Positions 13,480 to 25,486 of a stretch of 64,000 nt of DNA are shown here, in pieces. Source of the stretch: Leucoraja ocellata. Lineage: Eukaryota. The position numbers and the translations under genes were made by a program. The first letter of the stretch is position 1. Each line of letters begins with the position of its first letter. The notes beneath the pieces are model-generated. The model did not search any database and was not told the DNA's origin. It worked only from the letters and a program-made list of their open reading frames with translations. The stretch lies in assembly GCA_036785375.1 (NCBI GenBank), contig JAWMAR010001106.1, positions 124,001 through 188,000 of the forward strand, in the 5' to 3' direction.

Positions 13480-14300
13480 TGCAAATGAAAAAACAGGTTT
13501 TGTCAACAGTTTATAATAAATTATTTCTCTGAACGTTTTACCCCACTATTCTGCTGGAGCCAGGATGTGGTTTATAGGTACGTCCATTCTTTTGCCGTTG
13601 ACGTGGAAGCTTCTCCTGTGGGATGACAACTTTGACATGTTAGTTTTATCCCAGGAGCTTTAACCTGCTTGAGCCATTTCAAAAAAGGCTTGTTACCCGA
13701 CCACAAGGTTTTTTGTGACCAACCCACAAGGCTTTTCATCTCCCTCGCATAATTAGGTTGTGTCTATGTAAGGTAAAAAAGGGTCTTGGTACATTACCGT
13801 GTTTTCTGGCGGGTAAGCCCGGGTTTTATGACTGGATAAGGTATTCCTGGTCTGGTTTGACCATTCCCTGGACAAATGATAGATATCTGGTCTGAAGCTG
13901 TGAGCATGGTGTCCAGTTGAAATAGGAGTAGTGACTGGACCCTCTGTGCTGCTCAGTGCGCCTTCAACATATGTTTTTAGTGCATAGAAGGTTCAGGTTT
14001 AGGGCTCTGGCTGGTGAGTATCCCCTGAAGTATGGTTAACCATTGTGACATCCCACATATGGGTGTACTTGGTCTAGGGTTTTAGAATTTTAATACCCTT
14101 CAAATTTACCACCAGCCAGTGACCCCATACCTGTTGTCCTGAAGCTGTTTTGAAAAAGAACAGTCAGGGCAATTCTAGCTGTGTTGATGGTACTGTAGCC
14201 GAATCCTTCATCGTGATGACGGTTTTCCAGGAATTCCAGTTTGTAGTACCTGTATCGGATGAGTAGGTTTTCCCTGTATCCTTGCAGCACTTCTCTTGAT
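13480..14300 (-). pseudogene. Decayed tyrosine recombinase of the DIRS element
   Basis: Fragments GYSTINTARIAL, SAQRVQSL and the C-terminal (HSTR)-ASTSTAKRMDVPINHIL region; many frameshifts. Confidence 0.65.
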
Positions 14301-14857
14301 GCTGGACAAGTGTTGTAGTCCAGTGAATGTTCAAAAGGATGCTGACGTGGTGTTGATTGTTCAGAATAACAATCCCAGTCCCAGAGGCTTGCGCAGAATC
14401 TGCAGCTCAGGAGCTTATTTTCTCATGGCACAGTTGATTTGTGCCCGGCTCCGATTGTTAATAATCCTGGGTACTGGAAAAACACCATCCAAGTTCCAAC
14501 AATCATGTCATAGCGTAAGTTCTGAAACAGAATCCTTTTGTACTGTGCGTTGTTCTCGATTTGTGAGGCAGAAGGGAAAATACATAGAATTAATTTCACC
14601 AATGCAACATGAACGCATTTGTATATCAATATCAATATTGTTACAATATAAATACATTGTTGAATCACAACATGACCTATAGGTCAGAAAAGTTAATATA
14701 TATAGCTTACAAGCTTTCCGCTGGAACTATCTGTCCCAAAGAAAAAATATTTATATATATGAGGATTCCACTGCCCCAGGGTCTGGTTTCCCCCGCGACA
14801 TACATAGGACATCCCCGAACCCCTGGTGATATAGCATTGATGCAAATAATCGATATC

Positions 14858-14920
14858 AGATTCACATTCCATTTTAATTGTCATTGTCAGTGTGCAGTAC
14901 AGAGACAATGAAATGCATTA
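14858..14920 (-). mobile_element. 63-bp Rex1/Babar LINE 3'-end insertion inside the DIRS element
   Basis: Matches the LINE 3' end at 12930-12946 plus 17502-17542; flanked by an ATATC duplication at 14853-14857 and 14921-14925. Confidence 0.75.
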
Positions 14921-15670
14921 ATATCTGTTGCATCGTATAGCTTGATAGTTTTGTTAAACTTTATATGAAAACATCTAATTGATGTTGTCCTTAATTTTAT
15001 GTGACCTGGTGTCTGTCACTGTATTTTGCTTACCAGGCAGGTAAGTTGTTGATAGTCCAATACCTCTATGGATATACCATTGCCAAATTGTTTTGACCAA
15101 CTTGTCATATGATACCGACTTTATGCTGCCATATGGTTAATATAGGCCACCTCCATAGTGTAGTCTTATTTATACCCATACATGCAAGTGCTTAAACTCA
15201 TAAATTTCACCCGAGCATTTTTTAGATACTTAATGCCCAGTATAAGTGGTAACCCCACCACTGTCTTTCTGATATTATTTCAGTGGGTAACTTCATGAGA
15301 TGCTCAATGACAACCTATATGTTGTTTTTGATACTAACATCTGAATCATGTAGGCAGAAAATGGTACCATTTTTCCCCCAATTACTCTGTTATTTGTCGA
15401 GTAGTTGGTAGTTTGACCATTAATTTGTTCCTTGTTTGTGCCAATTCAACTATGTTGTCTCTTGGCAACATTAAAGTTACGTGGACTGAATTAATATGAA
15501 AGCCAAGATAGTCCAAGAAAGCGCTCTATTTGCTGGTAGGAACCAGACCCACCTACCTCCATGGTTATTGGCGGGGTTGTGGTTTTTCTTTTTCAATGTT
15601 CTTCTCTGTCGACGTGCTGGCGATGTTGGGGGGAGGCGCATTTTCCAGGGGGTCCGCTGCGGGCCCTGAC

Positions 15671-16658
15671 CTAAAAAGGTCTCTGGGGATAGTGCGGCCC
15701 CAAGCTTTGACCAGTCGCATATTCGGGACGCCGACTGGTAGATACAGTGGTGTGCTGCCGCCTGGGTGGAATGAAAAGCTTTGGTATGTTCGTCGCCGGT
15801 ACTGCCCTCATGAGGCTAAAGGTCTTGGACGCCTCATCCATCTCTTTTAGCTGTTTATTCAGGTCCTTCCCAAATAAGAAAGAGTCGGTCTCGACTGTTG
15901 GAACTTTGCATAACCCTGCAAACTTGGATTGAGGGCCGGCCTGATGTTCTCTCTTCCTGTGCCCGAATTGGTCCCCCCACATTGCCCCAGATTTGAGGAT
16001 TGAGGCTCTTTACTTTAAGAGCCTCATAATTGTCCGGGGCTGTGTGCTCCTCAAGCACTTGGGCGAGCACCTTCTCCTGAAGTGGCTTGTTGGAGAGATG
16101 GTTAATGCTGGCAGCCATCCTTGGCTCCAGCGGCGCTCCAACCTTTGGGGTAGCGACAAATCGGCTTACGACCCCCAGCAGCTCTTCCTGCACACCCTGC
16201 TCTCTTTCGACTCCTTCCGCCTGCCCCATGCTCAGACCAGCCCTGCCCTGGTCACCGATGCTAACCTCCCATTCCTGGTCCGAGGTCGCAAAGGGAGGTG
16301 CCGGACTCAGCACCATGGAGGGGGCGCCTGTCCTGTCTGTCCGAGAGCGCTGCTGCTCTCGGTAGATCATCCCCTCCAATAGCTGCTGGATGCAGCTTAG
16401 GCGGCTGTCTCTCCCCCGCTTTGGGGTGGACATTTCCCCCTCCGACGAGTCGGAGACGACCGGCCGTTTGGCTTCCTAGCCCCTTTCCCAGTCCGCCGTG
16501 CAGGCTATGGCGAGACTGGCTTGGCTCGGTCTCAGGGATAGCGAAAACGCTCTGCGAGCGACGCTGCCGCCGGTTGCTGCCCTGCTGGTAGAGTTGGAGC
16601 GGGGCAGTTCCTCTTTGCGAGTTTTGCGTTGTGTTCCTGAACTCTGTAATAAAAACAC
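15671..16658 (-). pseudogene. Frameshifted gag-like ORF1 of the DIRS element
   Basis: Consecutive minus-strand ORFs 16476-16658, 15855-16433 and 15671-15982 (PDNYEALKVKSLNPQIW...FLFGKDLNKQLKEM) at the ORF1 position of DIRS elements. Confidence 0.6.
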
Positions 16659-17621
16659 AACTGCAAACTTACCTTTGGAATGCCCAAGAGCTGCTCCTGC
16701 AGTTCAGGCGGCTGTCTCTCCCCCTCCTGGGTGGAGAGACGTCCCAGTCCGATGTTGGCTGTCTCTCTCCTCCACCGCCGGGTTTACACACATCCAGCCC
16801 GCTGCTCAGGCGCTAGCGGGCTGGCTCGGTCCCGGTGTCGGGTTTGTGGACCGCCCGCTAAGCGGTCCCACCCCCTGTTGCTGCCCAAAAAAACGTCCTT
16901 TCGTCGGGCAGGTGCAGCATTTCCCTCCCAGCCCGCAGCTGATGCTGACGGGCTTGGTGCAGAGTCGGGAGCGGGGCGCTGATTAGCGGTCCTCCCCTTC
17001 TCTATCTCTCTGTTCTCGGGCTGCTGCACTCGGGCTGCAGCGCACTCACGGCAGCACTGCACAGTGGGTCCCCTTAACGGCTCCGCAAAAGTCGGAAGCC
17101 TCCTCCCGCCCGCCTGCCTGCCTCACCTGGACAGTCCTTGAGGGCGAGCGAGGACTGAGGGGAACCCCCAGCACAGTGCTAGCCCCGCGCCGATGTCGCC
17201 CCTGTGGACAGTTACCGGCACCCGCACCATGGTCCGCCGGTGAGTCCTTGTTGCGTCCTCCCCTCCCGACAACGGAAAAACTCCTCCCGGAGTCCAAGGG
17301 GCCGCTTGCATGCCCTGCAGGGAAACAAGCAGACGCAAAGGCTGTAAAGTAAAGGTAAGTACTTACCTAAACTTTAGTTTTTCTTGTTTCTGCGGGAGCC
17401 CTGTCTCCCGCGCTGCCGCTTGGCCTGCTGAAACGTAATGCCGCAACGCGTCCTGGGACGGGCTTCTTCACGGAATCACTCACGTGACTCCGAAGTAAAA
17501 TTGTCATTGTCAGTGTACAGTACAGAGACAACGAAATGCATTTTGCATCTCCCTTGAAGAGCGACATAGCAAACGATTAGAATAAAAAAAAAATAAACGT
17601 GGGGGGGGTGGTGATTGGCAG

Positions 17622-19040
17622 TCACCGAGGTACGTTGTTGAGTAGAGTGACAGCCGCCGGAAAGAAGCTGCTCCTCGACCTGCTGGTTCGGCAACGGAGA
17701 GACCTGTAGCGCCTCCCGGATGGTAGGAGGGTAAACAGTCCATGGTTGGGGTGAGAGCAGTCCTTGTCGATGCTGAGCGCCCTCCGCAGACAGCGCTTGC
17801 TTTGGACAGATTCAATGGAGGGGAGCGTGGAACCGGTGATGCGTTGGGCAATTTTCACCACCCTCTGCAATGCCTTCCGGTCGGAGACAGAGCAGTTGCC
17901 ATACCATACTGTGATGCAGTTGGTAAGGATGCTCTCGATGGTGCAGCGGTAGAAGTTCACCAGGATCTGAGGAGACAGATGGACCTTCTTCAGTCTCCTC
18001 AGGAAGAAGAGACGCTGATGAGCCTTCTTGATCAGAGTAGAGGTATTGTGGGTCCAAGAGAGGTCATCGGAGATGTTGACTCCCAGGAACCTGAAGCTAG
18101 AAACACGTTCCACCTCCGTCCCGTTAATGTGGATGGGGGTGTGCGTGCCGCCTCTGGACTTCCTGAAGTCTACAATGAGCTCCTTGGTCTTCTTGGAGTT
18201 AAGGGCCAGGTTGTTGTCAGCGCACCATGCTGCTAAGTGCTGGACCTCCTCCCTGTAGGCCAGCTCATCGTTGTTGCTGATGAGGCCAATCACCGTTGTA
18301 TCATCTGCATACTTGATGATGGTGTTAGTACCATGTACAGGTGTGCAGTCATAGGTGAAGAGGGAGTAGAGGAGGGGGCTCAGCACACAGCCCTGAGGAA
18401 CGCCGGTGTTCAGGTTGAGGGTTGAAGAGGTGTGCATGTCTAACCTCACAGACTGGGGTCTGTTGGTTAGAAAGTCCAGTATCCAGTTGCAGAGGAAGGG
18501 GTCGATGCCCAGGTTACCGAGTTTGGTGATCAGTTTTGATGGAATAATGGTGTTGAATGCTGAGCTGTAATCGATGAACAGCATTCTTACATAAGTGTCT
18601 CTGTTGTCGAGGTGGAAGAGGGCGGAGTGAAGTGCCGTTGAGATGGCATCCTCCGTACTCCTGTTCTTGCGGTAGGCAAACTGATAGGGATCCAGTGTGG
18701 GGGGTAGGCAGCTTTTGAGGTGTGCCAGGACCAGCCTCTCGAAGCACTTGGTGATGATGGGGGTAAGTGCAACTGGGCGGAAGTCGTTGAGGCTTGCCGC
18801 AGTGGAGTGTTTTGGCACTGGCACGATGGAGGTGGCTTTAAGGCAAGTGGGGACAACTGCTTGGGCAAGTGACAGGTTGAAGATGTCAGTCCAGACATCT
18901 GTCAGCTGCGCAGCACAGGCCCTGAGCACGCGCCCGGGGATGCCGTCAGGGCCAGCAGCCTTACGTGCATTAGTCCTACTCAGTGCCACGTACACGTCGT
19001 AGGGGGTGAGTGTGAGGGGTTGGTGATCGGCAGGTAGCAC
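17622..19040 (-). CDS. LINE reverse transcriptase (Rex1/Babar type), uninterrupted but lacking the endonuclease (5' truncated)
   Basis: Motifs [45 protein letters not shown] and RFLGV, plus the Rex-type C-terminus SFFPAAV. Confidence 0.88.
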   Translation of the reverse strand: MLPADHQPLTLTPYDVYVALSRTNARKAAGPDGIPGRVLRACAAQLTDVWTDIFNLSLAQAVVPTCLKATSIVPVPKHSTAASLNDFRPVALTPIITKCFERLVLAHLKSCLPPTLDPYQFAYRKNRSTEDAISTALHSALFHLDNRDTYVRMLFIDYSSAFNTIIPSKLITKLGNLGIDPFLCNWILDFLTNRPQSVRLDMHTSSTLNLNTGVPQGCVLSPLLYSLFTYDCTPVHGTNTIIKYADDTTVIGLISNNDELAYREEVQHLAAWCADNNLALNSKKTKELIVDFRKSRGGTHTPIHINGTEVERVSSFRFLGVNISDDLSWTHNTSTLIKKAHQRLFFLRRLKKVHLSPQILVNFYRCTIESILTNCITVWYGNCSVSDRKALQRVVKIAQRITGSTLPSIESVQSKRCLRRALSIDKDCSHPNHGLFTLLPSGRRYRSLRCRTSRSRSSFFPAAVTLLNNVPR

Positions 19041-19094
19041 AGCCTTGGGATAAACTACGCCTACATAGGATGCACTACGCCTATATCCTATAAT

Positions 19095-21375
19095 TATATT
19101 AAAAGTAAAGGGGAAAAGGTTTTTTTAATGGTGGTATGGTCGTCAGCGCGTGGAGCCATAAGAGATGGACGAGGTCTTAAATGAATACCTGTCATCTTCA
19201 TTTACCATGGGGAAGTTTATACAAGGGAATTGGAGGAATAGTATAGGGACGTCCAGAAGCACACGGCCATTACGGCGAGGGGGTACTGGCAGTGTTGAGG
19301 AACGAATACGTGGATAACGGCCTGCCGAGATATACCATGAGGTTCCGTGGGGAGGAAGTATAGAAATGCCGGGGCCCTGGCAGAGGTGATTTGTATCTTC
19401 CTTCGCTAGAGGTGACGTCCTGGGCTATTGGAGCGTGGATAGCATTTGGCCTATATTGGGGAAGGACTGAAAGACAATCTGCGGATCGACCTTCTCGAGA
19501 GCGTAGTAAATGAATGTGAGAGGAATTTGACAGGCATGATCTATTTGCACTTACAACAGTCAGGACTAATTGGGAATAACCAGTGACCAATGCAGTTCTT
19601 TGGACATTGTTTACATGGACTTTACCAACGCATTTGCCAAGTTCCTTAAACGTAGGCTAAGATCTGGGATTCGGTGAGAGCTAACCAAATGGGTACATAA
19701 TTGGCTTGATGGTGGGTATCAGAAGGTGGTAGAGGAGAGTTGTTATCCAGGTAGTTTTCCAGATTGGAGGTTTATGGCAGGATCGGAGCTGGATCCGCTA
19801 GTGATGCCATGTTGATGCCATGTATGTTAATCATTCGGATTAGAAAACACTTCGCCGTATCAGAATTTTAACAGGCGACAATCAATGAGTTTGTGAGGCG
19901 ACTGCAATGGTAGCATTTCATTCGAGAGGGCTAGAATACAATAATAGAGATGTATTGCTGAGGCTTTATCAAGCACAGTATTGTGAGTAGTTTTGTGCCA
20001 AATCTGAAGAAGGCTGTGCTGGCCTTGGAGACGATCCCAGCAGGTTTACCAGAATGATTCCAGGAATAATTGTGTTAACATCTGATGAGCGTTTGTAGGC
20101 ACTAAGGCCTGTAATCTGGCGTTTAAAAGGATGTGACGGGACCTCATAAAAACTTAGACATGAGTAAAATGCCCGGTAGAATGAATGTGGAGAGGATGTT
20201 TCCAACAGTGGGAGAGTTGATGACCAGAGGCCATATACTCAGATTAAAAGGATGTGCCTTTAGAAAGGAGGTAAAAATGAATTTATTTCGTCAGAAGGTG
20301 GTGTGTCTGTGGAATTCATTACCACATGCGGCAGTGGAGGCCATCAATGACAGATTATTGATTAGTTAGGTTGGCAGGAGCTATGGGACGAAAGCGGGAG
20401 AATTGGGTTGAGAGCAAAAAGTCTGTTCTTTGAACGTATGAAGGTATGAGTTGAGTGGCGGAGAGGAATGAATGCTTAAACCACAACAAGATCTGCACCA
20501 ATTGGTGAATTGGATCATAGAATAACAGATGGAGAGGAACTCGAACGAGCATGAATTTATGCAGTTCAGGAAGTTAACCCAAGGCATGAAGTACACAATA
20601 AATGGCAGGGCCCAGGAGAATGTTGTGGAATTTTGACCGGAGATTCCATTATCCTAATGTCCATATTTCTTTTATCTAGCCAATCTCAGCAAATCTAAGG
20701 TTCCTTGCATAATAAGATATTTCATTTCCCACAATAATTAATAAATGCTGTCAGATGAAACCAGCTCAGTTATTAAGGATCTGTTTTCACGCTGTTTATT
20801 TCTATGAGTCCAGTAGCAAGTGCAGCGGATAAAAGTGAAACGATAATGTTGATACATTTGGATTTTCGGAACACATCTGACAGATTGCAGCATCAAACAT
20901 GATTATGGAAAATGAATGCTCGTCGTATACGAGATAACCTACTCGGATTAGCGGAGTTTGGCTACCTGACAAGAAATGGACCAGAGCATAATTTGGTCTA
21001 TTTTCCGATGGATAAATATAACAAGTGATGTGCCAGTGGTATAAGTGCATAAGTCTCAATATTATGTAACTTACACAAATGACTTAAATGAAAGCTGCAA
21101 ATGAGTGGTTGTTAAATTTGCCGATTGCCAATGACAGGTGGGAAGCTTAGTTGCAAAGAGGACAAAAGGCGGCATTGATAGTTAGATTTTAGGATGACAA
21201 ATTAAATTTTGAGTAAACTGCGATATAACCGAATTTTGAGATGCAAAGCAACCTGCCGCCTTTACACATGGTTCGCTGGGAATTAGTTTGCAAGCAGACA
21301 AAACATAATGATATTGGTTATTGTGAGCAAATGTAATGCTTTTGTTACATCGAGCATTGATAAGAAAAGGTGTGA
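19095..21375 (+). mobile_element. Old, fragmented CR1-like LINE remnants (copies at ~39400-41670, 55085-56865, 63362-64000; partial at 3690-4865, 31003-32060, 48807-49985)
   Basis: Decayed RT motifs (VLNEYLSS, VYMDF...AF) and a 3' region NVERMFP...TRGH.LR.KG...WNSLP. Confidence 0.65.
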
Positions 21376-22592
21376 AGTACAGCACTGATCACCTTTTTTA
21401 AGAATGCATGTGGACCTGTTGGTGGTACTTCAGAAAACACTTGCAGGGCATACACACGAAAGTCGAAAACGTCAGAAAAGACGATGCAGGGATAAGACTT
21501 TGTATCAGGAGTGAAAGGCCTTTATTTACGAGTGAAGAGTGTTTTATTGGCATATGCGCCGAAACTGAACAAAGATATTCGTGCTTGCAGCAGCACAACA
21601 TAATTTAAACATAGTACTCAGTAAACATCGTAATAAACAACACAATTATGTAAACGAACCATAATAGAGCAAAGACAACAACAAAAAAGACAATGCCGCA
21701 TTTTCACGTACTTCGGAGCTTATTTAGTTTAGTTTAGTTTAGTTTAGGGATACAGCGCGGAAACAGGTCCTTCGGCTCACCGAGTCAGCACCCACCAGCG
21801 ATCCCCGCGTATTAACACTATCCTACACACATGAGGAACAATTTACAATTTACAATTTACACAGACACCAAGCTAATTAACCTGTATACCTCTACGTCTT
21901 CGGAGTGTGTGAAGAAACCGAAGATCTCGGGAAAAACCCACGCGTTCACGGAGAGAACGTAGAAACTTCGTACAGACAGCACCCGTCGCCGCGATCGACA
22001 CCGGGTCTCCGGTGCAGCTCTTATTTGGGAGCAGTGTTTCATAATCTGAAAGAAAATGCTCCCGAACCTAGACGTTACAGTTTTGAAGTTCCTATGCTTT
22101 CTTCCTAATTAAATAAGAGTGTGGCCAGTGTGGAGTGGGCCTCTGATCATATTGGCTGCTTTTTCAAGAAACAAGAAAGGAGTCGTCAGTACTTCAGTTC
22201 GCACTTTTTCGGATTGCAATACAATCTTTACCCCATTCTGCTCTTTTGCATTTGCTGTATTTATCTGTCATTGCTTGATATTGTTTAGTCTGTGAGCTGC
22301 ATGTCAATAAGCAATTCATTGTAATCTCGCGTTACGACAATAATCGAATCTTCTGTAACTTGATTTTCATCTGGTGATGTGTTTTTTTTTCTCAGCGAGT
22401 CGTGGGTCTTTGAAAATATCTTCTTAAAATTATACTTAAAGCAAATATTAAATATTATTTTTTGAATATTAAAGTTGGAGGTAGGTGGATGATTAATACG
22501 CAGTTGATGAATATTTACAGGAAAAAGCGGAAAAACGTATCTTACCGTTAGATCAACGGTGATACGGCTTGACGGGCGAATCTCAGGCGATT

Positions 22593-22905
22593 AAACATAG
22601 AAACATAGAAATTAGGTGCAGGAGTAGGCCATTCGGCCCTTCGAGCCTGCACCGCCATTCAATATGATCATGGCTGATCATCCAACTCAGTATTCCATAC
22701 CTGTCTTCTCTCCATACCCCCTGATCCCCTTAGCCACAAGGGCCACATCTAAATCTCTCTTAAATATAGCCAATGAACTGGCCTCAACTACCCTCTGTGG
22801 CAGAGAATTCCAGAGATTCGCCACTCTCTGTGTGAAAAAATTTCTTCTCATCTCGGTTTTAAAGGATTTCCCCTTTATCCTTAAGCTGTGACCCCTTGTC
22901 CTGGA
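22593..22905 (-). mobile_element. CR1 3'-end insertion unique to G2
   Basis: AAACATAG tail, ATT TSD. Empty site GGCGATTGAATGG at ~42666. Confidence 0.85.
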
Positions 22906-23179
22906 ATTGAATGGCGTTCTCTTGCTCCGAGTTCATCTGTCTGTACATGGCGAACGAGGTATGGGACATACATTTCAGAGTCCGCGTATAATCTCAAGTT
23001 ATTGGCTTTTTGCCTCTAAACAATCAAGTGCTCGATTTCCAATGTCTCCATGCCCGTCCATATCTGTAAATTCACTTTATATGGAACACCTGAGATTGAA
23101 CTAATGCATGATTCGAAATGGAGACAGTAACTGGATCACCGGATATAATACATCATAGGGTGATTAAATGGAAATCAAG

Positions 23180-24093
23180 TCAGCATAATTTAAATAACAT
23201 AACAATTAAATTCAGTGGATACTTTACCCCACTCATTAACTGCTCTTTGATTTTTTGCTGCGTCCCTGCATAAATGAATGGATTTATACATGAACTCAAA
23301 AGCTGAAGCATAGATCCGCTTTCTTCCAACGTAAAATTTGAATCATTGAAGTTAGAACCCGAGAAATATCGAACCTTCGCAATCCGAACATAAAGGAACG
23401 TGATGAAGAATAACGCCCAGGATAGGATGAAACCGCAAGATATTAACAGGAGCAAAACGATGGATTTTCTCCGGTTTTCCATTTCTGGATCACATTGATT
23501 ATCTCCGTTTCTGTTGGACATTAATCTCCTTCTAGTTCTCATTGCAGCTAGAATATGTCTGACGGTGAGTACATTGAAAAGTAGTATCAGAAAGAATGGA
23601 AGGCATGGAGTTAAGATGCGGTGAATCCAATCAAAGGCACCCCATGCAGGCAAGGTAGTGAAAGATAACTTTATTTGGCAGAGCCAGCGGACGCCGTCAA
23701 TTATAAATGAAGGCTCGTATATAAAATACCACGGAATGTTTCTGACACAACTCACTGCACAAATTGTTACGATGACAATGACCGCTGTTTTCTCAGTGCA
23801 GTACTTTGCTTTCAGCTTCTGGCAACAAATGGCTATATATCGGTCAAGTGTGAACACCACTGTCACCCAGACTGCACAGTCTTGGATTCCATAAATTAGA
23901 ACAAGGCTGACGCTGCAGACTGGAGTGATGGACATGAAGCTGAATGGGAAATATATACCTACCACTCGGTTAAATATCACAGCCGTGATGATGACTAAGA
24001 GATCGGTCACAGCCATAGCCACCAGATAGCAAGTGATGCATTTGGAAAGGCCGCACCTCCCTCGGGACAGTACCACGATCACTGCCAGATTAG
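23180..24093 (-). CDS. G2 exon 2: intact GPR139/GPR142-like orphan class A GPCR (327 aa with exon 1)
   Basis: 914-nt open exon after the TCTACAG acceptor. Motifs: ANL (N1.50), AMAVTDLL (D2.50), PVC (C3.25), TLDRY, ECL2 Cys, PCLPF, SW (W6.48), CINPFIY. Confidence 0.92.
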
Positions 24094-25013
24094 CTGTAGA
24101 TGAAAAATAGCAAGTGCTAATCAATGAATACATCCCAGACCTCAGACAACGAGGAACAAAAAATCTAAAATCTCATCAGGCTTGTCCGTGTCAGTAAACA
24201 ATGAATGCCATTAGCCTGATGAATCGCACCGACATTATTGCGCCCTCTCATCGATCAATTTCCACAACGGAATTTCTAACAGCAGTTTCAATACACTGCT
24301 GCCATGAGCTTAGTTCCGTTACTGGCGGAGTTGAAACGGAACAAGGCGGAAACAAATCGTTTCAGACATCGGAGATATCATATCAACGAATGTACAAAAT
24401 AATAGGGCCAATGGGACAACCATGCCATACGCGCATTGTAATAACAATTTTGCAATTCATAACCCCAATTCACAAAACCTGGTAGCAATACTATAAAACT
24501 AAGGATACAAATAGGAATAGAGCATGTTGGAAATACTTATCGGACGGGACAGCATTGGTGAAAGGCAAAATATGTAGGAAAGAACTTCAGATGCTGGTTG
24601 AAATCGAAGGTAGACGCAAAATGCTGGAGCGACTCAGCGGGCCAGGCAGCATCTCAGATCAGCATCAGAGAAATGCGACCTGACCCGCTGAGTTATTCCA
24701 GCATTTTGTGTCTACCCATTGGTGAAAGGCGATGTTTCTGGACTAGGAGTGAGAATGTCAACTCTTTTCCCTTTTTCGACAGAAGCTGATTGAACATGAA
24801 TATTTCCTTTATTATCTGTTCTTCGATTTAAGGATACACATCGGTAGTGGAACATTTCGGACGTCGTAATATATTAAATCGGGCGAAGGAAGTTCATATA
24901 AGCCGTAATAATTGTCGTTTCGCGAGTGGTGCATCACTTTCATTCAGAGAAGACGCTAGATTTACAATCGAACAGAGGATTTCCAGAGGAAATCTCTAAT
25001 AAAAACACTTTAC

Positions 25014-25083
25014 CCGTAACTCCAATAACTCCCAGGACTGGATAGTAAATGGCAAATAGGAGACCTTCCGGTATTCCATGCAT
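25014..25083 (-). CDS. G2 exon 1 (MHGIPEGLLFAIYYPVLGVIGVT, phase 1)
   Basis: ATG...ACG G|GTAAAG donor. Splices in frame to CT AAT CTG (Ala-Asn-Leu), completing TM1; 70+914=984 nt. Confidence 0.85.
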
Positions 25084-25486
25084 GTCTATCAGAATTGAGA
25101 ACACACCTAACACTGCATGCAAAATGATTTAACCTATAGTCCCCAAGACAACCTCCGGGGAGTTACTTGGGTGGCTTGCTCTGTTCCAATAATAGCATAA
25201 TTGAAGCAATCAGCTTTGCAAATGCCTCTCGGGATCATAGGAGGGCACAAGAGCCGGCATGTACAGTAACCTTGAGCAACACACGATGTGATGTGGCAAC
25301 TCAGCTGGTCAGGCAACTTCTGAAAAGGGAAACGAACAAATGGCATTTTTGGTCGGGACCTTTCTTCAGACTCAGACTGTTTCTTATGGTGGTAGTCGAC
25401 ACGCTGTATCTGAAGTGGGGTCCCGACCCTGAGCGTCATCTATCCTTGTTCTCCAGCGATCCTGTCTGATACGCTGAGTTACTCAG

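Larger units (their letters stand above)
12944..17501 (-). mobile_element. DIRS1-like tyrosine-recombinase retrotransposon, internally deleted and non-autonomous
   Basis: ITRs 13019-13053 and 17438-17472. ICR 13171-13283 is complementary to both termini. Gag-like frames at 15671-16660, RT thumb remnant DYLGFHINSV at ~15510, and decayed YR (TINTARIAL, AQRVQSL, ASTSTAKRMDVPINHIL) at 13480-14300. No TSD; shared AAT core at both ends. Confidence 0.9.
12912..19051 (-). mobile_element. 5'-truncated Rex1/Babar-clade LINE, interrupted in its 3' end by a DIRS element
   Basis: RT ORF at 17622-19040 and a TGAATC-like tail at 12912-12943. AAACT target-site duplication at 12907-12911 and 19052-19056. The empty site CCACTCAAACTACGCC is seen in sister units at 39361 and ~55045, with a one-base variant at ~63321. 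Confidence 0.9.

Noticed and set aside
17742-19002. Plus-strand ORFs overlapping the LINE RT
   Set aside because: Antisense shadows of a GC-rich coding sequence.
24094-24133. ORF-track N-terminus (MRSG)MYSLISTCYFSST of the GPCR ORFs
   Set aside because: This is intron read-through of the polypyrimidine tract and acceptor. It would leave TM1 incomplete, whereas the conserved 70-nt upstream exon completes TM1 in frame.
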